Positions 60,686 to 64,000 of a stretch of 64,000 nt of DNA are shown here, piece after piece. The position numbers and the translations under genes are program-made. Origin of the DNA: a plasmid; the sequence record NZ_LR134463.1. One strand, written 5' to 3'. Numbering within the stretch: position 1 is the stretch's first letter; the number at the start of each line of letters is the position of its first letter. The notes under the pieces are model-generated. The model saw nothing but the letters and a program-made list of their open reading frames with translations. It was not told where the DNA came from and searched no databases.

Positions 60686-63037
60686 CTACTCGCGTACCAG
60701 CAGGGCGACAGGATGTTCGAGGAAGACCTCGTTGAGCGGTGTCCGACCTGCGACGACGTTCCCGGTCAGACGATCGGTCCAGCTGTCGTCACCGAGGTCG
60801 ACGTGCGTGTCGCGCCAGCCCCCGGTGCGCTCGAGGCGGAGCGAGTGGCGCGTCGCGAGCGCGGCGACATCGGGGGCCCCGTCGCGCGGGCCGCGGAGGA
60901 AGCCGAGCAGGTGGTCCGCCGCCGGTCCGTCCGCGGCGATCGGGGCGTACGAGCCCTCGACGAAGCTGCCCGGACGCTCGCGGCGCAGCCGGAGCGCGGC
61001 ACGGACGAGGCGCTGCTTGGGATGGGCGTCGTCCGCCGCGTCCCAGTCGACGGGCCGCCGGTTGTCCGGGTCGACCAGCGAGTCCTCCCAGCGTTCGGTG
61101 CCCTGGTAGACGTCCGGCACGCCGGGGCCCGCGAGTTGCAGCAGCTTCTGGGCGAGCGCGTCCGAGCGGCCGTGCGGCGCCAGCCGGGCGACGAGGTCCG
61201 TGAGCGCGGCACCGTCGAACAGCGCGTCGAGGAAGGCGTGTCCGGCGGCCTCGAAGGCACCGTCGGGCGAAGTCCAGGAGGTGCCGATGCGGCCCTCGCG
61301 CATCGCCTTCTCGGCGTACGCGTGCAGACGCCCCCGGAGGTCGTCGGTGATCGCGCCGTCATCCGGCCAGACCCCGAACGCGGTCTGCAGGAGGAACAGG
61401 CCCGTCACCGGGTCCAGCAGGGAGGGGCGCAGGAGCATCCACCGGTCGACGACGGGGGCCCAGTCGGTCGGGCACTGGCTCAGCACGCCGATCCGGGCCC
61501 GCACGTCCTCGCCGCGCTTGGTGTCGTGCGTCGAGAGGGTCGTCATCGTCGCGGGCCACTCGGCGGCGCGGCGGGCGAACGCCGGGTGCGGGTCAGTCGG
61601 CCCGAAGTCCGACGGTGCGCCGCCGACCTCCTGCAGGGAGATCAGTCGCGCGGTGCGGTAGAACAGCGTGTCCTCGACGGCCTTCGCGGTGAGCGCGCCC
61701 GTGAACTGGGGGAAGCGCGCCGTGGTCTCGGCGCCGCGGTCGCGGGCCTCGGCGAGCAGGTCGACGGCGTCCGTGCTGCCGGGCTCGTCCTCATCGCACT
61801 CCTGGGAGCGGGTGCGGACGTCCTCGCGCAGCCGGGCCGCGGCTGTCGCGAGCACGGGGTAGTCGTCGCGGTAGTACGGCGTGACCTGCGCCCATCGCAC
61901 GATCGCCTCCTCGATCAGCGGCTGCGGAGGCGGCCCGGCGAGCGATTTCGGCGTCGATTCGCGCAGCACTGCCCGCGCGAGCCGGCGCAGCTCGGGGCCG
62001 AGATCGCCCCGGGCGAGCCCGTCGCCGATCCCGAGGCGCGCGGCGTGCAGCGCCTCCGTGCCGCCGTCGTCGCCCGCCCAGCGCTCGTGCACCGCGCTGA
62101 GGCCCACCGCGCCGGCGGGATCCAGCAGGGCATGGCCGAGCTCGCGGAGCGCGTCGTAGCCGGTCGTCCCGTCCACGGGTAGCCCCGGATCCAGCGGCTC
62201 GTCCGGCTCGAGGATCTTCTCGATCACGATCCAGGCGTCGGGGCCGGTCAGCTCGCGCAGCCGGCGCAGGTAACCGGCGGGATCGGCCAGTCCGTCCGGG
62301 TGATCGACGCGCAGCCCGTCGGCGATGCCGTCCGCGAACCAGGACCCGATCTCGGCGTGCGTCGCGGCGAAGACGGTGGGATCCTCCACGCGCACCGCGG
62401 CCAGGTCGTCGACGGTGAAGAACCGGCGGTACGCGCGGACCGGGGAGTCCCACGGCACCAGCCGGTAGGGCTGGGCGTAGTGGACGCGCTCGGCGTCGCC
62501 GCCGCCCACGTCGCGGCCGATCGGGAAGACCCGGTCGTGGTAGCGCAGCACCGGCTCCGGACCGGTCCGGTCGAGGCTGATCGCCGCGGCGTCGGCCTCG
62601 GAGGCCAGGACGGGGAGGGCGAGTTTGCCGCCCGCGCCGTTGCGCGGGTCCCAGTCGATGTCGAAGTAGTGCGCGAACGGGGACTTCCGGCCGTGCGCGA
62701 GCACGTCCCACCACCACGGGTTCTGCTCGGGGCGGCCGACGCCGAGGTGGTTCGGGACGATGTCGATCACCAGGCCGAGTCCGTCGACGTGCGCCGAATC
62801 CGCGAGGCGTTCCAATCCCTTACGCCCGCCGAGCTCGGCGCGGACCGTCGTCGGATCGGTCACGTCGTAGCCGTGCGTCGAGCCGCGGACCGCCTCGAGG
62901 ACGGGGGAGAGGTAGAGGTGCGTCACGCCCAGATCGGCCAGGTGGGGCACGCGACGGGCGGCGTCGTCGAAGGTGAAGGACGGCCCCAGTTGCAGCCGGT
63001 AGGTCGCGCCGACGGGTCGCACTACGCCGGAAGACAT
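60686..63037 (-). CDS. treY: malto-oligosyltrehalose synthase
   Basis: 'ATYRLQL...[27 protein letters not shown]...GYDVTDP', 'DIVPNHLG' GH13; start at MSSGV (63037), alternatives 63049/63118. Confidence 0.85.
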   Translation of the reverse strand: MSSGVVRPVGATYRLQLGPSFTFDDAARRVPHLADLGVTHLYLSPVLEAVRGSTHGYDVTDPTTVRAELGGRKGLERLADSAHVDGLGLVIDIVPNHLGVGRPEQNPWWWDVLAHGRKSPFAHYFDIDWDPRNGAGGKLALPVLASEADAAAISLDRTGPEPVLRYHDRVFPIGRDVGGGDAERVHYAQPYRLVPWDSPVRAYRRFFTVDDLAAVRVEDPTVFAATHAEIGSWFADGIADGLRVDHPDGLADPAGYLRRLRELTGPDAWIVIEKILEPDEPLDPGLPVDGTTGYDALRELGHALLDPAGAVGLSAVHERWAGDDGGTEALHAARLGIGDGLARGDLGPELRRLARAVLRESTPKSLAGPPPQPLIEEAIVRWAQVTPYYRDDYPVLATAAARLREDVRTRSQECDEDEPGSTDAVDLLAEARDRGAETTARFPQFTGALTAKAVEDTLFYRTARLISLQEVGGAPSDFGPTDPHPAFARRAAEWPATMTTLSTHDTKRGEDVRARIGVLSQCPTDWAPVVDRWMLLRPSLLDPVTGLFLLQTAFGVWPDDGAITDDLRGRLHAYAEKAMREGRIGTSWTSPDGAFEAAGHAFLDALFDGAALTDLVARLAPHGRSDALAQKLLQLAGPGVPDVYQGTERWEDSLVDPDNRRPVDWDAADDAHPKQRLVRAALRLRRERPGSFVEGSYAPIAADGPAADHLLGFLRGPRDGAPDVAALATRHSLRLERTGGWRDTHVDLGDDSWTDRLTGNVVAGRTPLNEVFLEHPVALLVRE

Positions 63038-63135
63038 GGGCCCGATCATGCCATCCGCGATCGCCGCCGCCGGTCGGCGCCACACCCACCCGGCGGATGG
63101 CCACGCGGCGCGGCGCACCGCTAACGTGGCCCGAC

Positions 63136-64000
63136 ATGACGCCCGACGAGATCCTCGACCTGGACACCCGGACGCTCTGGCACCCGTACAGCGCCGTCGG
63201 CGGCGCGGGGGCGCGGGTCGTCACCTCCGCCGAGGGAGTTCGCCTGACGCTCGGCGACGGCACGGAGGTCATCGACGGGATGAGCTCCTGGTGGGCGGCG
63301 ATCCACGGCTACCGCAATCCCGTGCTCGACGCCGCCGCCAAGGCCCAGATCGACACCATGTCGCACGTCATGTTCGGCGGGCTCACCCACGAGAGCGCCG
63401 CCCGCCTCGGCGAGCTGCTGGTGCGCATCACTCCCGACGGCCTCGACCGCGTCTTCCTCGCCGACAGCGGCTCGGTCTCCATCGAGGTCGCCGTGAAGAC
63501 CGCCCTCCAGTACTGGCGAGCCCGCGGCGTCGCCGGCCGCAACCGCCTGCTGACCTGGCGCGGGGGCTATCACGGCGACACGTTCACCCCGATGAGCGTC
63601 TGTGACCCGGACGGCGGCATGCACTCGCTGTGGAGCGACGTCCTCACGACGCAGGTCTTCGCGCCCGCGCCGCCCGCCGAGTACGACGAGGCCTACGTCG
63701 CCGAGCTGGATCGGCTGGTGGCCGAGCACGCGCACGAGCTGGCCGCCGTCATCATCGAGCCGGTCGTGCAGGGTGCGGGCGGCATGCGCTTCCACCCGCC
63801 CGCCTACGTGGCGGCCCTCCGCGAGATCACGCGGCGGCACGACGTCCTGCTCATCTGCGACGAGATCGCCACCGGCTTCGGCCGCACCGGCACCCTCTTC
63901 GCCAGCGAAGCCGCCGGCATCACGCCGGACATCCTGTGCGTCGGCAAGGCCCTGACCGGCGGGTACCTCACCCTCGCCGCCATGCTTTGCACCGATGAGG
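63136..64000 (+). CDS. bioA: adenosylmethionine--8-amino-7-oxononanoate transaminase (5' portion, 3'-truncated by window edge)
   Basis: '[23 protein letters not shown]...[17 protein letters not shown]...[20 protein letters not shown]...[18 protein letters not shown]...GKALTGGY' class-III aminotransferase/BioA pattern; not in ORF track (no stop in window). Confidence 0.8.
   Translation, partial: MTPDEILDLDTRTLWHPYSAVGGAGARVVTSAEGVRLTLGDGTEVIDGMSSWWAAIHGYRNPVLDAAAKAQIDTMSHVMFGGLTHESAARLGELLVRITPDGLDRVFLADSGSVSIEVAVKTALQYWRARGVAGRNRLLTWRGGYHGDTFTPMSVCDPDGGMHSLWSDVLTTQVFAPAPPAEYDEAYVAELDRLVAEHAHELAAVIIEPVVQGAGGMRFHPPAYVAALREITRRHDVLLICDEIATGFGRTGTLFASEAAGITPDILCVGKALTGGYLTLAAMLCTDE

Noticed and set aside
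1-64000. CRISPR arrays, IS elements, integrases, phage genes, toxin-antitoxin pairs
   Set aside because: No regularly spaced direct repeats, no transposase/integrase/recombinase-like ORFs, no terminal inverted repeats flanking the accessory island; island boundaries show no tRNA or att-like duplication that I could see

Overview
High-GC (~70%) actinobacterial chromosomal segment, by gene content and order looking like a Mycobacteriales member (Gordonia/Rhodococcus/Tsukamurella-like). No rRNA, tRNA, CRISPR array, transposase or integrase was found. Positions 1-39.7 kb are housekeeping genes whose order matches, from memory, the M. tuberculosis Rv2593c-Rv2551c region: recQ-like helicase, yajC-secD-secF-apt-relA, ppiB, MBL hydrolase, hisS, radical-SAM Rv2578c-like, glpD-TetR//FAD-oxidase-DagK (Rv2249c-Rv2252-like), YpfJ-like peptidase, aspS, DUF389, circularly-permuted-ATP-grasp/alpha-E + transglutaminase, rarA, alaS-ruvX-mltG-aroE. 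Positions 39.7-52.4 kb look like an accessory island: MarR//cupin, four luciferase-like/NtaA-family flavin monooxygenases, an acyl-CoA ligase, a polar-amino-acid ABC transporter, a LuxR-type two-component system, and two small membrane proteins. Positions 52.4-64 kb resume conserved order (ilvA ... treZ-orf-treY, bioA; Rv1559-Rv1568-like) with F420/flavin enzymes and a CPBP protease in between. Most genes are tightly packed with 1-4 nt start/stop overlaps. Small regulatory candidates: a Zur-box-like AT-rich palindrome on the start of a COG0523 GTPase, TTCGAA palindromes (SOS-box-like) before the radical-SAM gene, a nested-palindrome MarR operator, a 23-bp tandem duplication, and several GC-rich hairpins. 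Best candidates for undescribed biology: (i) the ATP-grasp/alpha-E/transglutaminase cluster with an added APH-like kinase, (ii) the flavin-monooxygenase/acyl-CoA-ligase/ABC-transporter island, (iii) a 225-aa orphan ORF sitting between treY and treZ where treX normally is.
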